A stretch of 64,000 nucleotides of DNA from contig BFEA01000008.1 of the NCBI GenBank assembly GCA_003427395.1, forward strand, positions 799,545-863,544, read 5' to 3'. Of this stretch, positions 13,720-27,050 are shown one piece after another. The translations under genes and the position numbers were made by a program. Each line of letters begins with the position of its first letter. Within the stretch, counting starts at the first letter, position 1. Below the pieces are notes generated by a model. It was given only the letters and a program-made list of their open reading frames with translations, was not told the DNA's origin and ran no database searches. The stretch comes from Chara braunii. Taxonomy: Eukaryota > Plantae > Charophyceae.

Positions 13720-15316
13720 TTACCTTCCCTAAGGGGCTGTCACCACCCTTAGGGCCGTATCCATACCGAGCTACTCTGTAGTGTAGATTTTCCTGTGTTC
13801 TAGCTGCCAATCCGTCCCATGTGAGGCGTCTGCAGCCTCCTGTCGACCTTCATCCTTTATTGCTCCTCTAGGCCCAGATTGGGGATGATGCTTCGTTTGC
13901 TTAGGAATTCGGCTCTCTTAACGATTTGTCAGAATTGTGCCAGTCTTTCCACCTTGACTAGCCCATTTAGCCCTGCCACTTTCTCCCCTGCCAACCAAAC
14001 CCGTTTGAATTTAGCAAGTATTACCTGTTCTGTATCTGGATTGCTCTCTACCCACAGTTTGACCTTCCTCCAATGACATAAGATCTCCGCTTCCATCATC
14101 TCTTTGGTTGATGCCCAAACCTTCTCCCGTGGATTCTTCGTACCTTCAATCATTCTGCTGTATCTCTCTTTCCATATGGCCCAGACTGTGACCTTGCGTA
14201 TCATCCCAAACCAGATCTTTTCTGGTTTGCCAAAGTTAGAGGTTTAATTAATCCATAGTAGTTGGAAGGGGTGTTCAGGGAATGGAGAAGAGAATAGACT
14301 GTCCCATAGGCTTCTTTGCAGTTGATTAGACAACGAATCAAGTCTTCCTGTTCTTGATCCGAGCAGACTACACAGACATCAAAGCTGGTTGGATCGGTCT
14401 TCCTTAATACTTGTCGCCACCGGTTAACCGGAAGAGCAGCATAAGCTATGAGCCACTGCATGCTCCTTATTTTTATTGGTCTTCTTGTTTTGTATTTTTT
14501 TCCATGGAATTATCTGGTCTGCATCGTAACCGATTAGCTTGCTCCATCTTCCTTTGATAATTGGGTCTGGGTCTTTTGTTTTTAAAAGCATCTTGTATCC
14601 TGCTTTAACTGTGTAATCGGAGATTGGAATTGCTGGTTTGGCTGTTCGTTTTCTGTCGAGGGGCCACACCCACTCTGCGGATTCTGAATATGATTTGGAG
14701 GTGTGTGTCTTCTGTGTCTTCTTCTCCCTGTCTTCGGGCTCCAGTCTTTGTTCATGACGCAGAACAATCCGGACATGTTGGCTGGGGACTCCGTGGGGTG
14801 CCAAATTCCTGAGGCTATCTAGTGCTAGTTTGTTCCAGGGAAGAGATCGGAAGGGCTTTGGTGTCTTGTCTGGGGTCAATGATACCTAGCCCTCCAGAGG
14901 TTGGTTTCCTAGTGATATAGTGCCATGCTATCTTTGGGATGTAGTTCTCTGTGTTCGGGTCCCCTGACCACAAATAGGCCCTGTCTTCTTATTTAGAGCT
15001 TTGATGGTCTGATCTGGTATGGTCCAAATCGATGCTATGTACCACATCATTGAAAATATTGAGGTGTTGATGGTAGTGCCCTGCCCAATAGTGACGTAAA
15101 TGCTTTGACTCCATTTTCCCATCTTGTTGATTTGACTGGCCAGTAGGTTCTGTGCCATCTGGGGTGCCGGGCCGTCCTTCGGTACTTGAATCCCTAGATA
15201 TCTCATAGAGGTCTCTGGTTTCTCCCATGCCATCTGATTCCCCGGTTCTTGGAGCTGGGGGATGGGCTCGCCGGACAACCACCGTCCTATCGTCTTCACC
15301 CAATTAATCTTTCATT
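13720..15316 (-). mobile_element. L1-type LINE ORF2 3' fragment, decayed
   Basis: MRYLGI, SIFSMMWY, CVVC..LIRCLINC, WAIWKER motifs on the minus strand. Confidence 0.85.
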
Positions 15317-18300
15317 TGTAATGACCCGCCATAACACCGACTGAGAACACTGCTGATTTCTGAAGTTCTTCCGATGGAATGGATGCCTTGCTGAGATTCC
15401 CGCATTCTGCTGAGTTTTCTAAGTCTGTGTGTGTGTGTGCTTGGTGACCTGCATGCCTGTCTGAGTGCTTGTCGGCACAAGGGCACTTGTTTGTTTGGGA
15501 GGCCCGTAGGGCCGGTACTTACCTGTGGCCGTGACGTTGAGGGTTGCAGCAGGGAAAACACTCAAGTGGCGGAGCCAGACGCCTGCGGCAGCGGGAAATG
15601 TGGCCGTGACATTGAGGGTTGCAGCAGGGAAAACACTCAAGTGGCGGAGCCAGACGCCTGCGGCACTTAGAGCAGCGGGAAAAACACTCAAGTAGCATGT
15701 AGGCCAGTACTGCACCCAGTAGAAGTAGATGTGTCGGGTACTCGAGGCCGAGCAGAAGAAGACAAAGTTGGCATTTTAGAGGCCCAGTAGCGGTAGGCTA
15801 GGTCTAGGGCGGTACCAGTCCATCCAGTATGAGTCTAGGGCCTGTACGGGCAATGTCAGAGTCTGCAATGATGTTTGCCTCTGAAAGGGAGGAGGTACTG
15901 GTTGCTTGGGAGGCTGAGCGGCTTGGAAGTCACGGCCCAGGAGGCAAGTAGGCCGCTATATCTGGAGGCCGAGGGAAGAGCTCGGCCTCATTCTTCAGTG
16001 TGCAAGTTTGGCGACACGTTGCTGGAGCGCTGGCTACTACAGCGCTGCTGGGAGTAAGAAGCCGGGAGCTTCCACCTTGGCTATGGTGGAGCTCTACTGG
16101 CAGGAGGAGGAGGGAGAAGAGGACCAAGGAGGAGAGTAGCTAGGTACCTACCTGGCTATGATGGACACCATCTTCATCGTCTTGATTGGTGCTGCATGTG
16201 GAAGGCCCCAGTTGGGGTAGTGTCGCACCAAGGAAGCTGGGGGCAGAGACAAGCACGGCGGCCTAATGAGCAGCGACATAGCTTCTTTGCGTTGTCCTTT
16301 GCACAGGGAGGCAACGACATAGCTGCTTTGGGTTGTCCTGTGGACAGGAGGGTTGAGCCCTCAATAGCTCGCCATAGCCTCGGCCTACATGAAGAGAAAG
16401 GAGGAGGGTGGCCATAGCTATGGTGGACCTCATGTTGTGCCCGCAGTAGAAGAGGGATTCGGACATTGATTGTGGTTCAGCCATTCGACATCATTATTGT
16501 TATTTCTTGTTTGGATAAGAGGGGAGGAGATAAGGAGGAGATTGGTTGGTGGAGAAGAAGAGCATTATCTTTGGTCTATGCTGGAGTACATCATCTTCTT
16601 CCTTTCTTCTTCTTCTTCTTCTTCTTCTCTCCCTCTCTCTCCTCTCAAGTTCATTCATTTCTTTTGCAATTGGACGACATTGTACTTTTTGATGAATGTA
16701 TACTTCGTAATTGGCCAGGATCGTAACATTGGTATTAGAGCGGATTCTACTTGCTGGCGAAAGTTAACTTTGCCGCCACATCCCTAACCTAATCGGTAAG
16801 GGCTAACCACTTAGGGTTAGGGCTGGAAGTTAGGATTAAGTGGGGCAGCGTGGTGAAGGGAAGCTGCTCCCACCTAGCAGGGCCGTGTAGGGTCGACATT
16901 AGACCCAACCAGGTTGCTTGAGTGCATGTTTGTGGTGGCGAGACCCAAGGTGGGACTTGCATGATGCCATTGGAGAGAGGCGACATTGAAGGGCACCTAC
17001 AACTTGAATCTGGACTTCAAGGAAGACGAGGAGTGACTTTAGGGCTCCCCTCAAGTTAGGCGAGGTTGTGGGTGGCAGCCATGTCTGCACCTACGGACTG
17101 CAAGTTGCTACTTTGATCTTCAACATCGACGGGGGATCCTGTGTTGTCTTTTGGGGTAGTTGTTGACCCTCCTAGATGATAGGACACTAGTGTAGAGGAT
17201 GCTAATTGGGTCAGGAGGACTATGTGAGAGGGGTGTGAGTTTCTTTCATCTCAAGAGCCCGACCACTTAGGTAAGTGTCGTGTTGCCAGGGTGCCCATGT
17301 GTGTGAGCATGGAATTGACTGCCTGCTTGGGTATTTTGGGTTTTTCTTCCATCCTCCATAGTCTTGATTTTGTGTGAGGTATGTGAACTACTTACTCACC
17401 TGACGAGTGAATGAATGGAGTATCTTGTGTGCCATGCTATATCTTTCTACAGTGCTTTGTTTATTTCATTCTGAACGATTGTAGTCTGTAGGTTCTTTCT
17501 TGGGATATTTCATTTTTCAATTCGGTAGGGGTAAAGAGTAGGTCTTTGTGGAACTCTTGTTGGTTGGGACCTGGTTCTGACTCCACTAGAACCATTTGGG
17601 ACTCAATGGGACCAGGCCCAAACAAGAAGGGCCCCTCGGGCCCAAATCTGTTGACGTCAGTTACCGTGCTCTATCTGATTGGGACTCAGAGCTCATGCTT
17701 TCGGACCAGGATACTCGCTGCTGAGGGGATCTCAACTGAGACGTTTTAATGGACTTCACCACAGGATCCGCCGCTGGACTCGCACCTTGGAACCCTCTCA
17801 ATTCTCTCTTGCATTGCGTAGTACACTTTGAATTTGATTTGTCGTGTCTTCACGGAGCTGGGTCTGGACAGGCTTGAGAGGACCTCATACGTATTCGGAT
17901 CAGACTGTGCGGCGGAATCAGATCTCTCCGATATTTATTTTTATTAATTGTTTTGACTGCTCTCCAGTCCAAATGAATTGTCGCGCCGGCTAGGAGTTCT
18001 ATCTTCTCTTCTAATTGCTTTCAAGTTGTTTCCTTCATTGGGTTCGTTAAATGTCGGCGTCTACAGGATCACAAACGAGAGAGAAGCTTCTGAGTGTTCA
18101 TCCCATAAGTGTGAGGAAGAACGGACCTCTCTTGAGAGACTTATTGACACCCTCGTCCTCCATCATGGCATCTGCAACAGAATGGAAGTTGCAAATGGAC
18201 GCTGCCCTTGAGGCAAAAAAAGCGCAATACCAGTTCTTTTATGAAAAAACATTGAAGAGGGAAGAGGAAGAGAAGGAGAAGGAGAGGGGAGACAAAGTAA

Positions 18301-21300
18301 AGGCTCATGAATCCATCTTCAGTACGGTGCCCGCCTTAATTGATGCTGAGGTGGAAGAGAAGACCGTCCCACTCCTCAAGGCCTTAGTAGAAGTTTGGGT
18401 TGTTGAAGACCATATTGACAAACTTGCGAAGGTGTTTGACAAACTCAAGTTGCGTGAGGATATGGCCCTGATGGCGCAGCAGCACCGTGACCAACTGCAA
18501 GAGTTTACTAACATGCAGCCGGCCCAAAGTGTCCTTCCGCCTGCTTACCCTGCTTCCAGTGCTGCGTGTCAGTCCGTTCTTGCCCCTCTAACATATCTTC
18601 TTCTTCTTCTTTGAGTGTGGTCAACAGCCTAGCCGGATCTGCAGCAGGTCCAGACCCCGCTGTTGCTGCTGCAGTGGTAAGTGGCAGTGAAGGGCATTCT
18701 GGAACTGTTGCAGCCCCGAATTCGGACCCAGCAATCGCTGGTCCTAGCTGCAGCTTTCCCTACGTGGACAGGAAGGCGACACATATTTCGTCTAAGTATG
18801 ACGGAGAAGACGACATCGAATCTCGGATCAGCTCCATGCGACCCTACTTTGATGTGTTGGGGACACCCTCGATTACTGAGTCGTCGGTCCTAGGGACCAA
18901 TGTGGAACCCGCCGTTAGGGGCTTCGTAGAAGTCCAAGTTGTACAGTCAAGCTATAAAAGAATAGCACTCAACAAATGGTTGAAGGCTACGCTAATAGCC
19001 ACACTCGAGGATCTCTTGATCNNNNNNNNNNNNNNNNNNNNNNNNNNNNNNNNNNNNNNNNNNNNNNNNNNNNNNNNNNNNNNNNNNNNNNNNNNNNNNN
19101 NNNNNNNNNNNNNNNNNNNNNNNNNNNNNNNNNNNNNNNNNNNNNNNNNNNNNNNNNNNNNNNNNNNNNNNNNNNNNNNNNNNNNNNNNNNNNNNNNNNN
19201 NNNNNNNNNNNNNNNNNNNNNNNNNNNNNNNNNNNNNNNNNNNNNNNNNNNNNNNNNNNNNNNNNNNNNNNNNNNNNNNNNNNNNNNNNNNNNNNNNNNN
19301 NTAGAAGTCCAAGTTGTACAGTCAAGCTATAAAAGAATAGCACTCAACAAATGGTTGAAGGCTACGCTAATAGCCACACTCGAGGATCTCTTGATCAAGC
19401 AATATGTTGATCCGCATGCTGCAGCCAAAGCTAGACTCGAGCTTGACAAGCTCAAGCACAACAAGTGGACCGACACCATGCATAGTCTGCAACACTACGT
19501 TAGTAAACTCTTTGCTACTCATGATCTGGAGATGATTGCGCAGTCTTGCTTGGATGTGATTGAAGGCATGGTTCCCTCTACTGTAACACATGGCCTGGGG
19601 CTGGAACTCATAGCATATACAAATTGGCTTTTCCTCATGCGGGATTTAGTCAAGCTGGAGGCACAAGACCTCCCAAGTGGATCGGGTGGCAAAAAGAACA
19701 CCAGCCGCAAACGGTTTTCGGGCAGCAACCGTTTTGCAGTGCACGAGGACCCTTCTCTTGGTGACGATCAAGAGCAAGACTGCGAGGCATCTTGCTCTTC
19801 GTCAGCCCATGAGTCCGACTATGTAGATGACAATGAATCCATGAATGCCTTTAAGAAGGCTGCCTTCAAAAGTAAGGGACCGAAGAACGCAGTGAAGAAC
19901 AACACTAACACCATTCTCCTTTCCAAGGGAGCGAAGATTCCACCCAAATTTGAGAATCCTGCCACAAAACCATGCGTAGATCTCCGGATCAGTGAAAGTG
20001 AGTACAAACACAGGGTGAAGAAAGGGGTTTGTCTGCATTGTGCACCAGGACACTCAGTCCAACATTGCTTCAGATTGCAGCAGGGAAGCCACCAAAGGGG
20101 ATAGAGACATCATCAGCACATTCTACAGATGGAGAGGCTGAACATGTAAGTGTGGATCCTTCACCGGATTCTGATCCTACTCAACAAACCTCTCTTGAGA
20201 CCCCATCTGATGCTGATTCCAAGGCTGAGAAATTGCACATCCTATACAAGGAGCCTTGGGTGGAGTCTAAATTGACTTCCATGCTCTCTTGTTGCGCTGG
20301 GCTCACATGAAGCAAGAACGCGTGCAAGGGAAAACGAAGTTGATCTTCTTTAAACTCCACATTAATGGTTATTACATTCGTGTGTTGGCTGATTGTGGCG
20401 CAACCGTCAACTACTTCTCATCGCACGACATTCGTAAGACATGCAAAATCCTTGTCGGACCCAAGTGGGCAACCAAGAGGTTGTCACATCTACGCATGCA
20501 GTCAAAGGTGTGCACAATACCTTTGACGCAGACTGCACAATCACGCATGAATTGAACTTCTATGTCCTTGATAAGTACCCTTTGACGCGGTTATTGGTTT
20601 GGGCTGGTTGCAGGCCCAATGTGGAACCACGTGGAAGGACTCGCAGTTCATGGTCGAAGATGCCATGGGAATCGAGTGTCCAATCCTCTTGGATGAGCCG
20701 CACGAGTCCCAAGTGACTTTACTCAATGCAATGAAATTCTGCAAAAAGTGGTGCAGGCGCAAAGTTGATGAGCAAATGTGTATAGGCCTTTGTTAGGTCT
20801 GCTCATGTGCCTTCTATTTTTGTTGTACATAATGATTCTACTTTGCATGTCGTTTCTACTTCTAATGCAACTACTTTTACATGTACTAAATCTACTTCTA
20901 GTCCAAACGACTCTGCTTTAAATCGTGTTGTTTTGGCTACACCTATGCAATCCGGTATGCTTGCACCCGAGTCTGATGATCCACCTCCGGAGATCCCATC
21001 AGAGATCCGCAGCCTTCTCAACCGATTTCCTAAAGTTTTGGCCGAACCGCACGGAGTTCTCGTGTCCGGTCTGACACAAGATTGAGTTGGTAGAAGGCAG
21101 CACTCCTCCAAAGGGCTGTCTATCGAATGGGCTTATGCGAAATGGAAGAGTTGCGAAGACAGATCGATGACATGCTTGAGAAAGGTTGGATCAAGCCAAG
21201 CGAATCCGAATTCGGTGCACCAGTTTTGTTTGTCCCTAAGAAAGGAGGCAGGCTACGGATGTGCATAGATTACCGCGGATTGAACAGAATAACCAGGCAG

Positions 21301-21381
21301 AATGCATACCCTTTGCCACGCATTGATGATCTGCTTGATGCTGCAGGTGGATTCAAGGTCTTCAACAAGATCGATCTGAAG
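15317..21381 (+). mobile_element. Ty3/gypsy element, 3'-truncated: 5' LTR 15317-16728, PBS-Met, gag, protease, start of RT
   Basis: LTR TGTAA...TAACA; PBS TGGTATTAGAGC at 16730-16741; gag ~18160-20104 with CLHC..H..HC; protease LADCGAT; [30 protein letters not shown]. Confidence 0.9.
15524..15692. repeat. 75-bp tandem repeat (~2 copies) inside the LTR
   Basis: TGTGGCCGTGAC...CAGACGCCTGCGGCA at 15524 and 15599. Confidence 0.85.
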
Positions 21382-21384
21382 TGT

Positions 21385-22035
21385 GCAGATTGGTTAATTT
21401 TTGCTCATTATCGTTTTTGTTTTCCTCCTCTTTGAGCTCAATTACTTTCTGAGTCTTCTTTTGGATCTTCTCTGGTTCCTTGTTGTATTGTTTGGCCTGT
21501 TCCCTTACTGACTCTAGGTCCCAAAGAAAATCCTCCCTCGCTTTCTCCTCCCTGATGACGCGGGAGTCGTTCAGGGGGAGAGCATTGATCTTCGTGGGAT
21601 TACCTGCTTCTTTGCCCATTGCCTTTTTTTGCTATCTACTATCTGCGGGGGGAAAGGCGTCGGGTTTCTTAGTTGTGGGCTCCTTGTCTGAGTAGTGCCA
21701 GACCCAGTCTGGGTCTTCTAGATTGTCATCAAACACCCACCCATCATAGGTGGGGTCCACTATGAACCAAGTTCCAGGGGCTTCTTCCACTTCCACTAGC
21801 ATGTTGGGAAGGAGCTTTCTTTCTTTCTGATTCTTCGGGAATTTGGGGCATTTCCGGTCTGTACCAAGGTGACCTCGTTCTCTGCATCTGAAGCAAATCG
21901 GCGAGGTCTTCGTGGAGATTTGGATGTACAGTTCCCTGTTGTGGATTGCGAATTTCCAAGCCTGCGGGAAGACTGGCGGATCATCAGTTTTCACCTCCAG
22001 AATCGCTGTCATTGTGCCGCAATGGGGAGCCAGAA
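21385..22035 (-). mobile_element. L1-type LINE ORF1 fragment
   Basis: PICFRCRERGHLGTDRKC and VEVEE..WF..YDGWVFDD, homologous to ORF1 at 40300 and 55750. Confidence 0.9.
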
Positions 22036-22107
22036 ACTTGGAATTTGGGACTCAGGTTGTCTGCAGCATGAATCCTTAACTTGCATCTTAAAAATATTGG
22101 CGCAAAC

Positions 22108-22388
22108 CAGGGGTTCCCGCCCGAACGTTCGGGTGTCTGGCCGAACGTGAGGGGGCGAACTTCCCAAAGTTGGGCCCCTGCCAAAAAATAATTTTGCAGT
22201 TCTGTAGCATGTAGGGTACATGCCTATAAATTTTCAGGGCATTTGGCTGATCCCAAAGAAAAAGAAAATCGTCGAAGATGGCGATGCCAAAAATGTGTTC
22301 GCCCACTCAGTATTTTGTTTTCTATTTCCTTTCCACTGATTCTTTCTTTTTCCTTTTTAACCTTTTTAATATGTGTGTGCCTGTGTCG

Positions 22389-22423
<35 letters not shown>

Positions 22424-22626
22424 TGACTGTCTGACAGACAGACAGACAGAGAAAGAGAGATTGGGGGAGGAAGCGAGATAGAGGGGGAGTGTCTGAGAGA
22501 GAAAAGGGGGGGAGAATTCGAGAGAGGAGTGTAGAGAGAGAGAGGAGGGAGAGGGGGGGGAGAGGAGGGGGAGAAAGAGAGAGAGGAGGAGACTTTGAGA
22601 GAGAGAAAGGGGGAAAGAGCGGGACG

Positions 22627-22671
<45 letters not shown>

Positions 22672-23038
22672 TTGCACACATTAGGAGTCTTTTTTTTTTT
22701 CCTATCAAATAATCAATCAATGATCAATCAATCAGTCAATCAATTAAGTAGCTGGTGATCCAAAGTAAAAAAAAACAAAATTATAGGCTACCAGAGTGGC
22801 CCGGGACCTTTTGCCCGACCGGGCCCAAAAAAGTGAAAAATAAAATAAAATAAATGATTTTTTACTTCAAATTCGGTAAAGAATTTTGATGTGGCCCTGA
22901 GGCAAAAGTTGTTCAGTTTATTTTTCTGCATAACATTGTTTTTTGGGCGTTCGGGTTCAGCCGAACATGTCGCCAATGGGGCCGGAACGTTCGGCCATTC
23001 GGGTTTGGCACGGCCGGACATGAACGCCGGCAACCCTT
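22108..23038. mobile_element. hAT-type non-autonomous element containing (GT)n/(GA)n tracts
   Basis: Termini CAGGGGTT...AACCCTT; 8-bp TSD GCGCAAAC at 22100-22107 and 23039-23046. Confidence 0.8.
22784..22945. repeat. Interspersed repeat; reverse-complement copy at ~32760-32935
   Basis: TAGGCTACCAGAGTGGCCC...GTTGTTCAGTTTATTTTTCTGCATAACA matches the reverse complement of 32770-32934. Confidence 0.75.
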
Positions 23039-23293
23039 GCGCAAACTATAAAAATATGGATTTTCTCAAGACCTTGATCCCATTTTTTTTTCTCCCCTTC
23101 TTTTTTAGTTTATTATTTTCTTTCCTGTTGGCCGTGGGCCAAAGGCCAACAGCCCGACTCGGCCATGAACTGTTAACATGCAGGCCCAAGTTTGAATCCT
23201 GACAGCGGGCTCAAGTTTGAATCCCGGCAGCAGCCCAAGTTTGGATTCCGACTGCAGGCCAAACTTTGAATCCGGACAGCTTCGACCTATAAC

Positions 23294-23353
23294 AAAATTG
23301 GTCAATTTCTCAGTTTATGCATGTCATCCCTGCGCGAAGGTCATGCTGATTTC
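23294..23353 (-). pseudogene. U6 snRNA 3'-half fragment
   Basis: Minus strand reads AGCATGACCTTCGCGCAGGGATGACATGCATAAACTGAGAAATTGACCAATTTT, similar to the U6 3' half. Confidence 0.75.
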
Positions 23354-24738
23354 AGCTCGGCCAATTCTGGCCGCACGATCTGAAGATCACGCGGTCGAAA
23401 TTGGCCGTGCTTACTGCTTCACTACCACTGTCTGCCCCTGACAAGGTCGTTTCCATATGGGGCAATATTGGACTCGATCCCGGTATTTGCTACTTCAGAG
23501 ATCGATCCGTTACCTATTGGGCTAGCACCTACTTCAAAAGTAGTAGGAGAAGCTTCTCTATATGAGAAGCTTAGTTCTCAGCGGCCTGCACATTTGCTGC
23601 TGCATGGGCCTTGGCCGCTTAGGGTCACCCTGCTCCCAATCCAAACGGCCGCCCAGCCCAGTAGTTTAGTGCAGGATCTCCGCACTCCAGAAGTGTACTC
23701 TTTGAACCCACCAGGGTTGGGCACAACTTTTGCTAGTCTTTCAAACCCTCAAATAGGATAATCTTAGAGAATAAGCTGGGCGGCCCATATCCTATGTGCC
23801 ACGGCTGCGCATACGGCACGGCTATCTCTTTTAGCCACGTAGGCTTTGAACCACGCGGCTGCTTAGCCGCACATCCTGATTTCAAATAGGATAGGCTAAA
23901 AATGTGTCGTCCCCGCGGCCACGCGTCCTCTCACACTATCGGTTGACGTGGCGATCCAGCATTCCTACGTTGCGTCGCCGCCGCAGTGCACAAAAGGTCA
24001 CACACTCAATAGCTCCCAGAAAACGTATGCTGTGATCATAACATTACCGCGCCTAAATTTCAAAACATCTGTGAACAACACTGTCTGGCGTCATAGTGCT
24101 TAAAAATATCCCACCTCAACCTGAAATTATCACGACCGCTTGTCAAGACAATGACCATGTTGCTAGCTTTTAGTTAACATTCTCGGATGCCAACAAGCAT
24201 TTGAAAAGTTGTTAGTCTCTCAGTCATAAGCTCAGTTTGAATAACTTTTCGGCAGATGCGTCAATCTCATCAAGTCGTTTATTTCAAAAACTTCATCTAT
24301 AAAGGTCAGACAATGTCCGACATAAGAAAAACGCGGACAGCGGGACCCTGCTCGGGGCTCATGCCCGGCTGGGTACCCGCTTGTGTATCTGGGCAAAATT
24401 GTGGGGTGCCCTGGTGCCCGGACAAACAGCCTAGGACATGGTAGGAGGTGAAAGGACAGAGAGTGGGTGTCATTCGACGAGCTGTGTGGTTAGAAAGGGG
24501 TGAACATAAAAAAGATTCAAAACAATGAACAAATGAAGAGACAGTGGTGATGTGTAACTGGCCGATAAAGTGGGAACAAGTGACAAGCGAAAAGTTGGAA
24601 ACAAGAAAGAGGGAAACAGAGACAGTGGTGATGTGTAACTGGCCGATAAAGTGGGAAACGAGGTGTGCATAGAAGTCTGGGTTGTTCTGGAAGCCTTGAG
24701 CAATGGACTGGCTACATCAGTCACTGAGCACTGTCTTA

Positions 24739-24919
24739 GAGCACCACTACCTTTCCCGCTCTTGGGGAAACGGGTAAATAGCCTACTCCAAAAAAATCGG
24801 AGGCCGGCCTTGACGACGGCTGCCGTTGATAAATCTCATCGGCGGCCGTTGTTTTGTTTCGGCCTCCTGAAGAATCGGTGGCCTGACAGTGGCCCACATT
24901 GGGAGAAGGTAGTGGTGGT
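24739..24919. mobile_element. Tourist/PIF-Harbinger-like MITE
   Basis: TIR GAGCACCACTACCTT / AAGGTAGTGGTGGT; TTA TSD; empty site in the neighbouring duplicate at ~25050. Confidence 0.75.
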
Positions 24920-25287
24920 TTAAGGATGATTATGATGGCTCGAGTCCTGACCTTTACTATTTTGAGTTCTACATTACCCCTCTCAGGTACCGTTGTGCTG
25001 CCTGTTTTCCTTGGGCACTGGACTGGCAACATCAGTCACTGTGCACTATCTTAAGGATGATTATGATGGCTCGAGTCCTGACCTTCACTATTTCGAGTTC
25101 TGCATTACCTATATTAAGTACTGTTGTACTGTCTGTTTGGGATCTCTAATCTCGCAACTCGTGCATGTGGACGAATGGTATGAAAATTAGAAAACCTGCA
25201 GAGCGAAGTGCTATCATGTGTTTTACTTGTGACCTGTTTAGCAACAATGCAGTGAATCTGCAGAGAGAGAAAAAAAGACGAAGAAAC

Positions 25288-25716
25288 CTTAGGCTACTTG
25301 GCGCGTATGCCCAGAGGAGCCCAAATCCAGGCTCCTCCTTTTTTCAAGTGTTGGCTGTCAACAGGACGAAGGGGGCATAAATTGCTTTTTAACAGGCCAA
25401 AGGGGTTCGGAGGGGAGTGCCTGTTTTGTTTTTTGTTTTTTGGTTTTTGCTTTTTTTTTTGTTTTTTGTTTTTTGGTTGGAGTGTTGTTTTCTTTTCTAT
25501 CTTCGATTCGGTGAGGAATTCCTTGGTGACCCTCAGCCAAAAGTCGTTTGCATTACAATTGTACACAACATTCCTCTCCCCCCCCCCCTTTTTTTTTTCC
25601 CTCTTTGGCACTGGGGCTGCCGGGGACGCTGCCCGGGGTTCATGCCCGGCTGGGCACCTGGGCATGATGTATCTGGGCACAAGTTGGGTGCTTGGGCGCC
25701 CAGCCAAACAGCCTAG
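25288..25716. mobile_element. hAT-like MITE
   Basis: Termini CTTAGGCT...AGCCTAG; TSD GAAGAAAC(C) at 25280 and 25717. Confidence 0.7.
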
Positions 25717-26039
25717 GAAGAAACCACAGACATGGTAAGAGGTAGAAATAGGTGGGGAGGGGTCCTTGCATACTGAGGACTATTTATCAACAGGTGCACA
25801 TGAGTCTGCGAAGGAAACAAAACGAAAATGAGCTTGCTACGGGACCACAGAGCTGGCTCCTCTTCTATCATTTCAGGATCTTGAGCAGCATCATGGATGC
25901 ATTGTTAAGGGTTTGAACTCACCAGATCTTTTCCAAACCACCCGCCATCATTAGACTCTAATAGAGAGTAATAGAGACTGATTCTAGCTTGAATTGATTG
26001 CAGATTCCGACTTCCTTGTTCTGATGTGCTGTCCATCAG

Positions 26040-26330
26040 GTAGGGATCAGTAGCCCTCATGCAGTGGCATTTCATTTGCCAGAGGAAGATCCAAATGCAA
26101 TATCTGCTGCTGCTGCTGCTGCTGCTGCTGGATCATCAAGGCCGATATGTCGTGGTGGCAAGGACACCCCAAGCACATCTAACTTTGCTGGTTCTAAAGT
26201 GACGCCAGTGTCAATAGATCCAGTTTGTGGTGTTCATGAGTATATGGTTAAGGCAGCCCTGTTGCAACTGCGTGCTTACCTTATTGATGAGGATGTCGAG
26301 GTTATTGAGCTTGCCGCGGAGACGCTGAAG
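26040..26330 (+). CDS. ATM: ATM exon B (VGISSPHAVAFHLP...LAAETLK)
   Basis: catcAG acceptor; GTAATG donor at 26331; 291 nt in phase 0. Confidence 0.9.
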
Positions 26331-26914
26331 GTAATGTCTCGGTCATGGTTCTTCGTGGAATAGAGAAGCGGGTTGCAAATTTAGGCATGGCAGGGACATG
26401 AAGCTGGCATGTAATTGGGTAAATCGTCATTCTCAGTGGCAAGCGCACACTTTGAGATAACTGCAAAACATTCCATGTGAATTCAATGCCAGGGATCGAA
26501 AGAAAATTGAGATCATGTTTTATTCCATCTTTGATGTTGGTTTGCCCCTTCTTATGGGAAGGAGTGTCATTCTCTGTTTTGATGTTTGTCAGTGAAACAC
26601 ACCCTTGGTGTCACCTTTTGCATTGGTAGGTTGAACAGTAAGTTAAATCTGGAAACTCTCAGATAAACCCAGTAAGGGAAGCCCGTGGCTTGACGCTGTA
26701 GTACACATGGTCCAAGATAACGTCTGCTTGCTTAATGGAAGTCTACTGTGTCTCTGTTTTCCCGTCTCCTAACATCTGCTTGGCTGATGGAAGTTTTCCT
26801 CTTTTTTCCTTTCTTGAAGTTTCTTCCCGAAATTCTTCCTTTCTAGGTCCACAGGTGTATACAATCGTTTTTTTTTTTCCTTTTCTTCATTTTTTCGTTT
26901 CCTGAACTAAGGAA

Positions 26915-27050
26915 GGCCCTTGTGATATCATCATTGAAACCTGGCCCCAGGTAGTTCAGAACTATTTTATTCTGTTCATCTGGTTGCACTGGGATTTGAA
27001 CTCGGGTCTGTATTTCAACAGCTCATGGGTGTACCAACTGAGCCAGGCCC
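26915..27050 (-). mobile_element. tRNA-derived SINE (family A)
   Basis: A box TGGCTCAGTTGG and B box GAGTTCAAATCCC on the minus strand; second copy at 29858-29992. Confidence 0.75.

Noticed and set aside
18927-19396. 95-bp direct repeat in gag
   Set aside because: Identical sequence on both sides of an N gap indicates a contig-overlap artefact.
22224-22758. SLSL/THTH/ERER/VCVC ORFs (also 28700-29200, 32050-32470, 62000-62350)
   Set aside because: These are translations of dinucleotide microsatellites.
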